From Gemmataceae bacterium (GTDB taxonomy: Bacteria; Planctomycetota; Planctomycetia; Gemmatales; Gemmataceae), in assembly GCA_965226945.1 (NCBI GenBank), contig OZ245717.1, forward strand, positions 6,784,062 through 6,848,061: a DNA stretch of 64,000 nucleotides, written 5' to 3'. The notes beneath the pieces are model-generated. The model saw only the letters and a program-made list of their open reading frames with translations. It was not told where the DNA came from and did no database searches. The position numbers and the translations under genes are program-made. Every line of letters starts with the position of its first letter. The stretch's first letter is position 1. Below, one piece after another: positions 46,801-57,720 of this stretch.

Positions 46801-47205
46801 ATGTCGAATTCCCGCACCATCCTCGTTGTGGATGACGATGTCGATTTGAGCGATGGATTGCGCCTGGTATTGAGCCGAGAAGGTTATCGCGTTTTGCAGG
46901 CGCGCGACGGCCGCCAGGCCAAGGATGTCGTCGACCGCGAACGGCCCGACCTGGTGATCATCGACATGATGATGCCCAAGATGGGGGGATATCCCGTTTT
47001 GGAACATTACAAGGAACGCAACGACGCACCTCCGTTCATCATGATCACCGCCAATGAAGGAGCCCGGCACAAGGCTTACGCCGAATACCTGGGCGTGGTT
47101 GACTATATCCGCAAACCGTTCGCGATGGACCGTCTGCTCGAAACGGTTCACAAAGTCTTGCCTCCCGCTACCGGCGATGCCGCGCCGCCCCATTTACCGA
47201 ACTGA
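46801..47205 (+). CDS. Stand-alone response regulator receiver domain (CheY-like)
   Basis: MSNSRTILVVDDDVDLSDGL ... DLVIIDMMMPKMGG ... has the acidic pocket and phospho-acceptor Asp context. There is no output domain. Confidence 0.8.
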   Translation: MSNSRTILVVDDDVDLSDGLRLVLSREGYRVLQARDGRQAKDVVDRERPDLVIIDMMMPKMGGYPVLEHYKERNDAPPFIMITANEGARHKAYAEYLGVVDYIRKPFAMDRLLETVHKVLPPATGDAAPPHLPN

Positions 47206-47524
47206 TCGTTTCGCCGAACGAATCCGCACGACGAGGTTTGCGCGGAAAATCCAGGGCAGAATCTCGGGATAACCACGTGGGCCCCCGCGTGGCTGTGATG
47301 GACGAGCTCCGCGGCGCCTTGCCACGGATGTTCGGCCGATGGTGTCGGCACCGGCGAAGGGACCGACCCATGGCAGGACTATGCCCACCCCAGGCTGGAT
47401 GGCCCGCCGTCAAAATCGTTAGAGTTTTCCTCAACAGAGCGGCAACTTTCCTGTCAAGCCCTTGGCTTGGGCGAACAAAGGCCTGCATGGGTCATACTTC
47501 CTCTGGATCCATTCGGGGGTGGGC

Positions 47525-48877
47525 ATGGCGCTTTCCAGTCTGTTGCAACTCTTGGCACTTTTGGGAGGCCAGACCCTCCCACCGTCCTTGTTTGAGCTTC
47601 CCAAGCCCAAACCTGATGCGGTCCAGAAAGAGTTGCAAGCCGCCGAACTGGAAATCTCGCGCGGCCATGCCTCCAAGAAACTGACCCTGAACGAATGCCT
47701 TGCCCTCGGCGAAGCGCATCAGCCGCGCATTTTGGCGGCCTGCGCCAGCTTGCGGGCCGCGCAAGCTGCGTCGGCAGGATTGCATTCCTTGCGCGGAATT
47801 GCCAGATTGGCTCCAGACCTGGCGGCCAGAAAGCAGCAATCCGCTCACGGTCTGGAAATTGCCCAGGCGATGCTCACTCAGGAAATCGAAGACACCAAGT
47901 ATGCCATTCGCCGCGCCTATTTCACGGCGATCTACGCGGGAATTCAGGGAGATCGTTTAAAAAAGCTCGCCACGGCGATGGACCGGACCAGCCGAGAAAT
48001 CAACAAGGACCTCGCCCGGGCCGCGGTGCTTGAGCTATCGGGGGTCAACACCCGCGTGCGGCTGGCCCTGGCCGAGACGGGCAATCAACTCGCCGTGGCC
48101 GAAATTGGGCGACTGAAGGCGCGCCTGCTCCTGGCTGAGGAAATGGGCGGCCTGACCGCGGTGCAGTGTTTCCCCGATCCCGCGGACGAGGTGCTGCTTC
48201 GGCCGAAAGTCGATGTGACGATGGATCAACTCGAGTCGCTCGTCGCCGAACATCGCGGCCAGCGGATCCTCGCCCGTTCGGCGCGTGAAGTCGCTCAACT
48301 CGAAGTCGAAGCGCAAAGGGCATCGAGCCGGTTCACGATCATCAACCGCACCTTCGCCGCCTTCACCGATAACGGCGTCAATCCGGTGCCGACTCCCGAA
48401 CGGGGCACCGAGTTCAAGCCGGGCGCGATCAGCCTTGAGATGTCGACCTTCATGGGCGGACCCAAGCCGTTCCGGATCATGCGTTCCGAGGCGCTGGCCG
48501 ATCGTGCCGAGATGACCGAGTTGACGACAACGAACCTCACCAATCTGGAAGCCCGCGTCGTTTATCTGAATCACAAGGAAGTCGAACGCCGCCTTGAGGC
48601 GAACCGCTCGGCCATCGAAGATGCCAGGTCGATCTTCCGCCGCACGACCAGTTCCACCATTCGCGTTTACGACATCGATGTTCTGCCCAAGGTCGTGGTA
48701 CTTCTTGTTGACTACGAAATGTTGCGGCTGGAGCGGGCGCTGATCGCCGCCGAAATGATGCGCATCACCGGCGGCGCCCTGGAAATCCCGTTTTATTTGC
48801 CGGGCGAATTCCCCAGGGAAACAAAGCCCGAGCAATCGACCGACCCCTTCCACCTCCCTCCGCCGGGAAATCCCTGA
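47525..48877 (+). CDS. TolC-family outer membrane protein (putative)
   Basis: Signal peptide (MALSSLLQLLALLGG). The N-terminal LTLNECLALGEAHQPRILAACASLRAAQAA resembles the OMF N-terminus, followed by a long alpha-helical region. Confidence 0.45.
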   Translation: MALSSLLQLLALLGGQTLPPSLFELPKPKPDAVQKELQAAELEISRGHASKKLTLNECLALGEAHQPRILAACASLRAAQAASAGLHSLRGIARLAPDLAARKQQSAHGLEIAQAMLTQEIEDTKYAIRRAYFTAIYAGIQGDRLKKLATAMDRTSREINKDLARAAVLELSGVNTRVRLALAETGNQLAVAEIGRLKARLLLAEEMGGLTAVQCFPDPADEVLLRPKVDVTMDQLESLVAEHRGQRILARSAREVAQLEVEAQRASSRFTIINRTFAAFTDNGVNPVPTPERGTEFKPGAISLEMSTFMGGPKPFRIMRSEALADRAEMTELTTTNLTNLEARVVYLNHKEVERRLEANRSAIEDARSIFRRTTSSTIRVYDIDVLPKVVVLLVDYEMLRLERALIAAEMMRITGGALEIPFYLPGEFPRETKPEQSTDPFHLPPPGNP

Positions 48878-49330
48878 TTTTCGCTAGGGTTTTTGCTTTA
48901 TTGGTTTTGGATTTGGCCTGCCTATGTTCGGTTTGCAAGGGGAAGCAAGGCAGTCAGGGGAATGATGAGATCCCATGCGCGGCTTTCGCGGGCGCAGGTG
49001 ACGTGAAGCGGTCCGAGTGACGGTTTTTTGTTGATGGCATTTCAAACGAGTTTGGCACTCCCGGCGCCGGCATTTTCCCAGTTTGCAGCGCTTGCGTTTC
49101 AAAGGGGCGATCTCCATCTTCCTGGCAGTTGTTCGGATAGCGACAGGTAGCCTTGTATGGCTTGCCGTGTTGGTTCGTTGGAATGGCTTGCATCGAATCG
49201 ACTACCTCGTCAAGAATCGATCCATTGCGATTGGGTCCGGGCTCATTCCTTAGGCTCGGCTGGCTTCTTGCTGCTTTGCCAAGAACCCAGATTGGCCATC
49301 GCAGCCGATCCATCGGATCCTGGGTGAATC

Positions 49331-51553
49331 ATGAAGGTCATTCGTATTTATCTCGTCGTGGCCGGCGCCGTGCTCGGGTTTTTCGTGATGCTGTTCCTCA
49401 ATGACTCCAAGCCGGGTGACAACGTTCCGGTAGCGGCGATTGGTGATCTGCCGCCGCAACTCCCCGAACCCCGTCGTAACGAGCTTTCGACCGAAATCGT
49501 TCGCTCGCTGCAGCTGGTTCGAGCGGGCCAAGAGGAAAAACAGCCGAAACCGCCTAAGGTTACAGCCTATTCCGTTACCACCTCTCAACCGGTGTGGCCG
49601 TCCCGGCTGGAAACAGAGGAAGAACAAGGTCAAGAAAAAGCAGTAAAAAAACAGGGTGAATCGGAGATAAAAAAGGAGGCAAGAGCACAAAAGAATGAAA
49701 AAGAGCAGGCGCTTGAACGGGCTGACAAGGCATTGCAACAAGGAAAGATTGCCGAGGCGGTCGCGGCGTTCAACGAGGCCGTGAAAGTCGATCCCGCCGA
49801 TGCAAGCAGTTATGTCCGGCGAGCGCTGGCCCACGTGCTTCAGGGCGCCAGCGATCTGGCAATTGCCGATTGCAGCAAGGCGTTGGAACTGCAACCGCAA
49901 GTCGCGCTCTACTGGGAAGACCGGGCACTCCTCTATTTCGGTAAACAAAGATATGCCGAGGCGATCGCCGACCTTAGCCAGGCGATCGAGCGCGATCCGA
50001 CCAATGGGATGCTCTACACCGACCGGGCCTTGGCGTACTGGGCTGAAGGAAATAAGGTCAAGGCTCAAGCAGACTTCACCCAAGCTGAGAAGTTCGAGAG
50101 GACTCCCGAGTACAATCCGTTGACGTGGCAGGGAGGTTTGCCACCCGTTCCCGCCACGCGAACCCTTGAGGAATGGAATGAGCAGGTTCAGGTCAATGCA
50201 AAGGACGATCAGGCCTATTTTGGCCGGGGCATGGTGAATTTTCTACTGCGGTGCAAGCTGGCGGATGCCTATGAAGATTTTTGCAAAGCGATCGACATCA
50301 ATCCCAAAGTAGCGAATTACTACCATGCTCGAGGGCGCATTTTACTTCTTTGGCAAAATCAGTTTGAAGCGATCCGCGATTTCGACCAGGCCATCAAGCT
50401 TGGATTAAACACGTCGCAAGTGCACAATATTCGCGGAGCCGCGCTCAAGGGAATCGGTAAGGACGAAGAAGCCAATGCCGCCTTTTCCCTGGCGCGCAAA
50501 GCTCAGAGTCAAGTGCCCGCCGATGCTCGCGTCGCGGCCCGGCCGAAGATCGCAAGCGAGTCGATCACCGGCAAGCCGGTCTTGCAGCCCGGAGTTTCGA
50601 CCGGAACCGCGAACGCGAAAGCCAGTCAATGGCCTTCACTACCCGCCTGGCTGCCAAAGGAGGCGTCGCAACCAACGCCGAACGGGAGCATGCCGCCGGG
50701 CGTACAAGGCGTGCCAGGCGGCCCCTATTTCCCCGCTCCCAATCTTGGGGCAGGATCCCAACAAAAACCCTCGACCGAAGCCCTGGTTTTGGACCGGCAA
50801 CGCGAAAACGCGCGCCTTATGTTGAACGAAGCAAGTAGCTGCAAATCCCAAGGGCGAGCATTCCTTCTAAATAAGCGATATTCCGACGCCATCAAGTCAT
50901 TCACTCAGTCGATCGATCTCGATCCCAATGACGGCGAGGCTTGCGATCAACGCGGGCAAGCCTACCTGTACCTGGCCGACTACGAAAATGCCCAAAAGGA
51001 CTTCGCAACCGCCATTTGGTTGGACCCCAAAAAAGCCGCCTACCATGCCCATCGCGGCATCGCGCTGTACTACGGACAGAACTTGCGAGAGTCGTTGTCC
51101 GCATTCGAGGCGGCTAACGCGATCGATCCAGGCGATCCCGCTCACCTTAATTACATGGGAATGGCTCGGCTCGCACTGAACGACGCGGCCGGCGCCGATC
51201 GAGAGTTTAGCAAGGCGCTTGCCCTCAACCAGAGGGATGCGCGTGCGCTCAACAACCGCGCCAGCGCCCTGCGAATGCAAAACCGATTGAAAGAGGCGTT
51301 GGCGGACTACACCAAGGCGATCGAAATTGACCCGAGGGTCGCGGCCTTCTTGGTGAACCGTGGGAACGCCTATTGCATCCAGGACCAACACGACAGCGCC
51401 ATCGCCGATTTCTGCCGGGCGATCGAAATGGATCCCAGTATTGCCGAAGCATATGCCGGGCGTGCCATCTCTTACAGCGCATTGAGGATGGATAAAGCCG
51501 CCGAGCAAGACCGCGCGCAGGTCGCGCGCATGAAATTACCTCGCTACCGATGA
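49331..51553 (+). CDS. Tetratricopeptide-repeat protein with an N-terminal TM anchor
   Basis: The N-terminus is IRIYLVVAGAVLGFFVMLFL. There are more than 12 TPR-like 34-aa units (e.g. AIADCSKALELQPQVALYWEDRALLYFGKQRYAEA). Confidence 0.8.
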   Translation: MKVIRIYLVVAGAVLGFFVMLFLNDSKPGDNVPVAAIGDLPPQLPEPRRNELSTEIVRSLQLVRAGQEEKQPKPPKVTAYSVTTSQPVWPSRLETEEEQGQEKAVKKQGESEIKKEARAQKNEKEQALERADKALQQGKIAEAVAAFNEAVKVDPADASSYVRRALAHVLQGASDLAIADCSKALELQPQVALYWEDRALLYFGKQRYAEAIADLSQAIERDPTNGMLYTDRALAYWAEGNKVKAQADFTQAEKFERTPEYNPLTWQGGLPPVPATRTLEEWNEQVQVNAKDDQAYFGRGMVNFLLRCKLADAYEDFCKAIDINPKVANYYHARGRILLLWQNQFEAIRDFDQAIKLGLNTSQVHNIRGAALKGIGKDEEANAAFSLARKAQSQVPADARVAARPKIASESITGKPVLQPGVSTGTANAKASQWPSLPAWLPKEASQPTPNGSMPPGVQGVPGGPYFPAPNLGAGSQQKPSTEALVLDRQRENARLMLNEASSCKSQGRAFLLNKRYSDAIKSFTQSIDLDPNDGEACDQRGQAYLYLADYENAQKDFATAIWLDPKKAAYHAHRGIALYYGQNLRESLSAFEAANAIDPGDPAHLNYMGMARLALNDAAGADREFSKALALNQRDARALNNRASALRMQNRLKEALADYTKAIEIDPRVAAFLVNRGNAYCIQDQHDSAIADFCRAIEMDPSIAEAYAGRAISYSALRMDKAAEQDRAQVARMKLPRYR

Positions 51554-51914
51554 ATTGCGGAAATGGGACGGCGCCTTCTCTCCCTAGGAGCATGAATTCG
51601 CTTTCTAACGGCTTCTTCATTTTTGCTGGTCGAGTCATTCCTTCCCTTTACTGGATCGCGCATTACGCTTTTCGATGCCTCGAGCCTTCATTGAGGACTT
51701 GGCAACTCTCTCTTGATCTCCTTTTCACCCGACCATGCACGGTGAATTGTCATCTCCCACTTCTGCCTGCCTTAGGCAAACTCCGGGCATTTCGGCGGAA
51801 TCGACCTGGCTCTTACGGCCAATAGCAACTTGATCACAGTGGGGTTCCTAGGCTCTGGCGGCACCGATACAGGTTTGCGCCAGAAGGCCAAAGCGGCCCC
51901 GGAATGAGCGACAG

Positions 51915-51940
51915 GATGAGTATCTCATGAGTTACTCATC
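51915..51940. promoter_or_regulatory. 26-bp near-perfect palindrome (candidate operator site) upstream of the acyltransferase gene
   Basis: gatgagtatctcatgagttactcatc has one mismatch pair against its reverse complement. It sits in the 535-bp intergenic region, ~150 bp upstream of ATG 52090. Confidence 0.3.
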
Positions 51941-52089
51941 TATGTGATTTGTGAGAAAAAGATTAGTTTGCAATGACGCTTTGGTCATTAGTTTCTGAGC
52001 GATGATTAAAAGAATATTAGTTGGTTGACGGATCAAAAGCAGACGGCTAGTGTTACGGTGCCCTCGCGCAATTCTCAGGGATTTCCCGC

Positions 52090-53970
52090 ATGCTGCACCA
52101 CCGGTTGCCTTACCGTCCCGATTGGGATGGGTTGAGAGCGATTGCCATCGTCGGTGTGATCTTTTGCCACGCTGGTTTTGGGCTTCCCGGCGGGTTTATC
52201 GGTGTGGACCTCTTCTTTGTCCTCTCCGGCTTTCTCATTGCCAAACTGATTTTCAAAGACATGGAAGAGGAGAAATTCTCCTTCATCGGGTTTTGGGAAA
52301 GACGGCTGCGCCGAATTCTTCCGGCGCTGGTCGCGGTCACCCTTTCCACCATGGTTGCCGGTTACTACATCATGGCCCCCGAGGCTTACCGGGCCTTGGG
52401 GCAATCGGCCATGGCCCTGACCGGCATGGCGTCCAATTTCTACTTTTGGTGGGACACGGGCTACTTTTCCGATGAGGCCGATTTCAAACCCTTACTTCAT
52501 ACCTGGTCGCTGGGAGTCGAGGAGCAGTTTTACTTCCTCATCGCGTTGGTGTTCCTCTTGCTCGCGCGGTCAGGCCAAATGAAGCGGGCCGCCTGGTGGA
52601 TCGGCGGGCTGAGCGCGTTCTCCCTGCTTTGCAGCATCATTGGGGTCGCTCAGGAACAGGAATGGGCTTTCTTTCTTCTGCCTGCTCGGTTTTGGGAACT
52701 GGGAGCCGGGACCCTGCTTGCCATGGTCAAGCCGGCGCGTCTGCCGCGTTTTGCTTATGAATTGATGAGCTTTGTCGGTCTGGCAACCATTCTCCTTTGC
52801 TCTGTGCTTTACAGCAGCGATTTGCCCTTTCCCGGGTTGGCTGCCCTGCCGCCTGTGTTGGGGATGATCCTGCTCCTCTGGCCCAAAACCGAAGGGGCGC
52901 CCGCCTCGCTGATTCAGCAGGTTCTCGCACTGCCTCCGATCGCATTCCTCGGAAAAATCTCCTATCCGCTCTACCTTTGGCACTGGCCGCTGATCGCCTT
53001 CCAAAATTACTGGAGCTTTGATCCGCCCGAGGCATCGGCCCGAATCCAGCCCATGCTCCTTTGTCTGCTTCTTTCCGTGTTGACCTACTTTCTGATTGAG
53101 TTTCCCTTTCGCAGCCGCCTGATCCTCAGAGCGCCGAGGAATCTTCTGCGCGTTTCGGGCGCCATGGGTGTCGCGGTCATTGTGCTCGGTTTTGTCCTCA
53201 TGGGATATCAAAAGTGGAAAAGCGATGCCCCCACCGATCCTGACCTGATCCAGGCGACGACCAAGCGGCCCGAGCACTACCTGATCAGTCGCAATCCCGG
53301 CCTGGAGGTGGACGACCCGGTCAAATTCGGCGATGAGAACGCCAGTCCCCAGATTCTCCTGTGGGGAGACAGCCATGCCATGGCGGTCCTACCGGCGATC
53401 GAATCGCTTTGCGAGATCAATGGCACTGCGGCGTTGGCGGCGACTCGCTTCATGACGCCTCCGATTAGCGAGCACCAGGGCCACGACGGAGACACATTCA
53501 ATCGCTCAGTCATGGAGTTTTTGGAGACGCACACGATCAAAACCGTGATTCTGGCCGGCCACTGGTCCAACTACCTCGATCGAACCAGCGAGGCGGAGAG
53601 CCTGCTGGAAACGGTGGACAAGCTCCAGTCGATGGGGATCCGGGTCTTCTTCTTGAAGGATGTGCCCGACTTCCGCTACCATGTCCCGCGCATCATGACC
53701 ATGAATACGACGCGCAAATTCGACATGCGTCGCCTTGGCGTGACGCGTTCGGAATACGAACAAGCCAATGTCGGCCAGGAAGAAATCCTTCCCGAGTTGG
53801 AGCGGCGCGGCGTGGTCGTTTTGAACCCCACACGCTTCTTTGCCTGGGACGAAGATCCGGACGTATTCTTACCCTTCGACTCGGCCGGCGTCCTCTATCG
53901 CGACGCCGACCACTTGAGCGTCCATGGGGCGCTCGCGATCAAGGATGTTTTTGAGCCGGTGTTTGAATGA
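52090..53970 (+). CDS. Acyltransferase family 3 (OafA/YrhL-like) membrane protein with a C-terminal SGNH-like domain
   Basis: RPDWDGLRAIAIVGVIFCHAG ... GVDLFFVLSGFLI ... HTWSLGVEEQFY are acyltransferase_3 hallmarks. It has ~10 TM helices, then a soluble C-terminal domain (LLWGDSHAMA). Confidence 0.8.
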   Translation: MLHHRLPYRPDWDGLRAIAIVGVIFCHAGFGLPGGFIGVDLFFVLSGFLIAKLIFKDMEEEKFSFIGFWERRLRRILPALVAVTLSTMVAGYYIMAPEAYRALGQSAMALTGMASNFYFWWDTGYFSDEADFKPLLHTWSLGVEEQFYFLIALVFLLLARSGQMKRAAWWIGGLSAFSLLCSIIGVAQEQEWAFFLLPARFWELGAGTLLAMVKPARLPRFAYELMSFVGLATILLCSVLYSSDLPFPGLAALPPVLGMILLLWPKTEGAPASLIQQVLALPPIAFLGKISYPLYLWHWPLIAFQNYWSFDPPEASARIQPMLLCLLLSVLTYFLIEFPFRSRLILRAPRNLLRVSGAMGVAVIVLGFVLMGYQKWKSDAPTDPDLIQATTKRPEHYLISRNPGLEVDDPVKFGDENASPQILLWGDSHAMAVLPAIESLCEINGTAALAATRFMTPPISEHQGHDGDTFNRSVMEFLETHTIKTVILAGHWSNYLDRTSEAESLLETVDKLQSMGIRVFFLKDVPDFRYHVPRIMTMNTTRKFDMRRLGVTRSEYEQANVGQEEILPELERRGVVVLNPTRFFAWDEDPDVFLPFDSAGVLYRDADHLSVHGALAIKDVFEPVFE

Positions 53971-54335
53971 GTCAGAAAAAGTCACTCTATTCCTTTCGAT
54001 AGTCGCCAGCCAGTTTCAGTCTGGTTGGCATTTCTCTTGCCCGGGTGTTCCTTACGCAAAGCTACTTTTTTCCTTTGCATTGTCGCTTTCGACAATTGTC
54101 ATGCATTTCGCTTTTTCACATGCTGGCCCCTAGACCTTAAACAAGCGTACCTCGATTGGTTTTTCGCGGTTGGCGGCTCGGTCTCGGGAGGCCAATAGTT
54201 TTATCGGCCCTGCCATTTTGAGGGTGTTTTTTGTGCATGTTTTGTTTCGGCATATTCACTTCGCTTTCCGGTCCGTTAACCTTTACCAAGCCGCGGCGGA
54301 CTGGAGCATCCGTACTCCAGCATCGTGCTGATTTT

Positions 54336-55865
54336 TCAGCATCGCAGTTGGTTAAGCCTTTGAAAGAATGAAGGCAGCCATGGATTCCAACTCATCATCC
54401 GGTAGATAATTTGGCGTCCTGTGTTGACGATTTGACAGGGCAGCCTCATAAAGGCGTTGATGAAGGTTTTGAATTCCATTTGCAGAATCGTCTCCTTTTC
54501 GATCCGATGTTTTTCCCGGTCCGATCCTTTTCGAGGTTCGGGCCAGAGGGCCCACCAGGCCTTCAAGTTCCAAGCCAAAGAGGTCATCACCATGTAGGCC
54601 CAATTGGCTTCCATGGTGTCCACCGGCGCCGTCAGTGCGCACACCCCTTGTTTTAATTGGGCATGCAGGTTTTCCTGGTTGCAGCGCTGATTTGCCTCGA
54701 ATACTATTTCTTGCGCGGGCCGTTCCTTGTCGTTGGTCAGGTAAAAAAAATAGCGGTACTCATCGAACAAGCGTTTTTGCCCCATCAAGAGGGTCAAATT
54801 CTTGCGCACCACAATCAACCGATACGCCTTCTTGCAAGCCACGGGCCGATAAAGGATTTCCGCGACATCCTCTCCATGCAACCGGATGTTGTCGAACTTG
54901 CGTTGTTTGACGATTTGCTCTTTGACCTTTACCGGCCGGGCCCGTTCCTTGGTCTTGATCTCGTAGCGAGCCGGTCGATTTAGCGGTTCCCAGGCATCCT
55001 CCGCCAAATTCTCGGCCAAAACGATCCGTTTCTTCGTGCTATCAAGACCGAAGATGAACTTTACTCGCTCATCCGTGTTCCAACGGTCCAGATGTTTCGT
55101 CTGGCTAAAATCGGTATCCCCGCGTAGCATGATTTTTTTGAACCCGCCCGTGACACATACACGGATCGCTCTGTCGACCTCGTCTGCCGCCCCCTCGTGT
55201 GACGGTCGATTGCCGGGCCGATTGACCACGCTCAAGATTTCCCCGGTTTGAGCCAGGGATACCACTAATGGGTGGTAACCCCATTTGCCTTCATAGTTGA
55301 TATCCATGCCTGCTTTGCATTCCCCACCGGTTTCCACCATGGTGCCGTCCATGTCGATCCGGGCCAGGTCAAAGAATTCCTTGGGTTGACGCGACCAAAC
55401 CTTTTGCCGAACTTCATCGAAGGCTTCCATCAGATTCCTGACATCTTTCGCTCGAAACCGCCTGCAGAAGTCTCCCGCCGTCGTCGGATCGGGAATCCGT
55501 CTGGCTCCAACGGCGTCGAGGTATACTTCGTCTTGGCGGCGAAGTTCCAGATCCTGCAAACAGGTCCCATCGCACAGTGCGTTGTAAGCCAGATTCAAAA
55601 CGTGATCCGATTCGTGGTAGGGAAGGTGGAACTTGAGCAGGTGCAGATTGTTGTCGATCGCTTCGATCAACCCGATTCGTTTGGCCAACAAGTGGAATGC
55701 ACCAATGCCGCCATGCGCAATTCCCCGATTCCGGTCACTGATCTCGTACCGAATGTTCGACGCCGTATGGACCGGTCTGGCGCAGTCACCAATCTTCGAT
55801 TTGTCCAACCGATCAAGAATTCGACGCTTGCGCCAAGCCAGTTGGCGACCTATCTTATCTTTCAC
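54336..55865 (-). CDS. DDE transposase, IS1380/IS4-like
   Basis: 509 aa. The N-terminal SDRNRGIAHGGIGAFHLLAKRIGLIEAID resembles the ...SDAGLLLLRELDERLGL motif of IS1380/IS4-type transposases. GTG start. There is no other gene context. Confidence 0.55.
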   Translation of the reverse strand: MKDKIGRQLAWRKRRILDRLDKSKIGDCARPVHTASNIRYEISDRNRGIAHGGIGAFHLLAKRIGLIEAIDNNLHLLKFHLPYHESDHVLNLAYNALCDGTCLQDLELRRQDEVYLDAVGARRIPDPTTAGDFCRRFRAKDVRNLMEAFDEVRQKVWSRQPKEFFDLARIDMDGTMVETGGECKAGMDINYEGKWGYHPLVVSLAQTGEILSVVNRPGNRPSHEGAADEVDRAIRVCVTGGFKKIMLRGDTDFSQTKHLDRWNTDERVKFIFGLDSTKKRIVLAENLAEDAWEPLNRPARYEIKTKERARPVKVKEQIVKQRKFDNIRLHGEDVAEILYRPVACKKAYRLIVVRKNLTLLMGQKRLFDEYRYFFYLTNDKERPAQEIVFEANQRCNQENLHAQLKQGVCALTAPVDTMEANWAYMVMTSLAWNLKAWWALWPEPRKGSDREKHRIEKETILQMEFKTFINAFMRLPCQIVNTGRQIIYRMMSWNPWLPSFFQRLNQLRC

Positions 55866-55992
55866 TCGAAACTCCTTTTTCGACGGCTGACGGTTTGATG
55901 TTCAACCAATCAGATGCCGCTGAATCCCAGGGAGTTTCGAGTTTTTTTCGTTTTATCCCACTTTCTTGCTTTCCGGGGATGCTTGGTTAAGG

Positions 55993-57720
55993 CCTAGAAC
56001 GGGTGCAGTCTCCCTACGGAGCCGAAGCGTCGAGCGATTGCCCCAGGAGGATTGGAAGAAAGGGGTTGAGTCTTTGAAAAGGGTTTGAAGAAAGAGGCGC
56101 CTTCCCTTCAAAAGCATTAGCAAAAAGAAACCCATGAAGGAAAGGACGCCTCATGTCGTACTCTATGCATTTGCTTTCGGGATCGGCAACGGCTGGGTCG
56201 GTGGAAGTTTCGAAGAATTGTTTCGAGGGTCTTTTCAAGGGTGCCGAGTGGCGGTCTCTCATCGAGGCCAGCATCATGGACTTGGTCCGGGTAGTTCAAA
56301 CGTTTTTGGGAAAGCCCGGTTCGGCGTCGTCGGTTTATGTATTTGAAAGGGAATTAGAGCAAGCCGGCCGAGAGTTTCTTCGTGGGCTCGTTCAATGGGT
56401 ATTCAATCACCTTGAAGGAGACGATACGGCAGTTCTTCCAAAGCATGTGGTTTTTGAATCGGCTTCGTACACGCTTATCAAGAAAAAAACCCGGCAAGAT
56501 GTTTGGACCCGATTTGGGAAAATATCGATGTGGCGGTTCGGCTATCGGTCCACGATCAAGGGGCATGATCTTTCCATATTTCCCCTAGCCAAGGTTCTTG
56601 GGCTAATCCACGGTGCAACGCCCGGTTTGGCGGAAGAGGTAGCACGATTGCTTGGCGAGGGGGGCATGACGCAAAGCCGAACCATGGATCGTCTTGCCAG
56701 GGATTTTGGAATTCATTTCGGAGTGAAAAAGCTAAGGCAGTTAGCGGGGGCGGTCTCCGAGGCGATGGCGGAGGAACGTCACCAAGCCCAGGTGGGCCGG
56801 TTGGAGCAATTGCTGATACAGGCAGATCGATCAAGCGGCGTCCACAAACCTGTAATCGCAGTGGGCCGGGACGGCGTAACCCTTGGAATGCGGATCAAGC
56901 TTGGCCGTTTGTTTGAAGTGGCAGCGACCGGAACGGTAACGGTGTTCGACCGGCGAGGCAATCGCTTGGGAACGGTGTATCTTGCTTATGTGCCCGAGCC
57001 AGGGCAACCAACCATGACGCGGGAACTGACAAGGCTTTTGAAGGACCTAATGAATCGTTGGAAAGGCCCGATGCCTCGAATGTGCTATGTCACGGATGCG
57101 GGGGAAAACGAAACAGGTTATTACCAAAAAGTTCTGAAACGGATGAAGCACCCTGTTACGGGCAAGCCACTGGAATGGATCCGGGTTCTGGATTTTTACC
57201 ACGCGACTGTGCGGGTCTGGACGATGGCGGAACTGATCTTCGGAAAAAGAATCCGAGGAACACGCTGGGCGAGGAAGATGCTCAAGTGGTTGAAGTTGCC
57301 GGGCGGGATCAACCGGATTCTCCATTCGGCCGCGGCGATGCGGGACGGTTACCTAGCCAAATCAAAACGGAAGGAATTTGACCAAGCCTATCGTTACCTA
57401 CGCACGCGGATGGCATTCATGAAATACGACCAATACCGCAAAAGGGGGATTCCCCAGGGAAGCGGCATTACCGAGGCCGCCTGCAAAACGGTTTACACCC
57501 AAAGGCTGAAACTGAGCGGGATGTCCTGGAAACGAGACGGGGCGCAGACGATTATCAATCTTCGCGTGATGATTTTAAGCGGAGTTTGGGACGAGGCATT
57601 CAAGGGATTCCTCCTGCAATCGGTGGAACCCAAAGTGAGGGGTCAAGCCAATTCCACTATTCGAGATCTTCAAATCGCCGCATAATCGGCGCAGCTGGGA
57701 GACTGCACCCCCTAGAACAG
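55993..57720. mobile_element. ISKra4-like insertion sequence (~1.73 kb) bounded by short inverted repeats
   Basis: Left GGCCTAGAACGGGTGCAGTCTCCC (55993-56016) and right GGGAGACTGCACCCCCTAGAACAGGC (57693-57720) share a 14-nt exact inverted core (GGGTGCAGTCTCCC). They bracket the single transposase ORF. Confidence 0.5.
56153..57685 (+). CDS. ISKra4-like family transposase
   Basis: 510 aa. The C-terminal ...GIPQGSGITEAACKTVYTQRLKLSGMSWKRDGAQ matches the conserved G-S-G-x-x-E...K-x-S-G-M-x-W tail typical of ISKra4-type transposases. Confidence 0.6.
   Translation: MSYSMHLLSGSATAGSVEVSKNCFEGLFKGAEWRSLIEASIMDLVRVVQTFLGKPGSASSVYVFERELEQAGREFLRGLVQWVFNHLEGDDTAVLPKHVVFESASYTLIKKKTRQDVWTRFGKISMWRFGYRSTIKGHDLSIFPLAKVLGLIHGATPGLAEEVARLLGEGGMTQSRTMDRLARDFGIHFGVKKLRQLAGAVSEAMAEERHQAQVGRLEQLLIQADRSSGVHKPVIAVGRDGVTLGMRIKLGRLFEVAATGTVTVFDRRGNRLGTVYLAYVPEPGQPTMTRELTRLLKDLMNRWKGPMPRMCYVTDAGENETGYYQKVLKRMKHPVTGKPLEWIRVLDFYHATVRVWTMAELIFGKRIRGTRWARKMLKWLKLPGGINRILHSAAAMRDGYLAKSKRKEFDQAYRYLRTRMAFMKYDQYRKRGIPQGSGITEAACKTVYTQRLKLSGMSWKRDGAQTIINLRVMILSGVWDEAFKGFLLQSVEPKVRGQANSTIRDLQIAA

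Noticed and set aside
48035-48853. 272-aa minus-strand ORF
   Set aside because: Antisense to the second TolC-like gene.
49250-50083. 277-aa minus-strand ORF
   Set aside because: Antisense to the TPR gene. Low-complexity Leu/Phe/Arg composition.
52570-53376. 268-aa minus-strand ORF
   Set aside because: Antisense to the acyltransferase gene.
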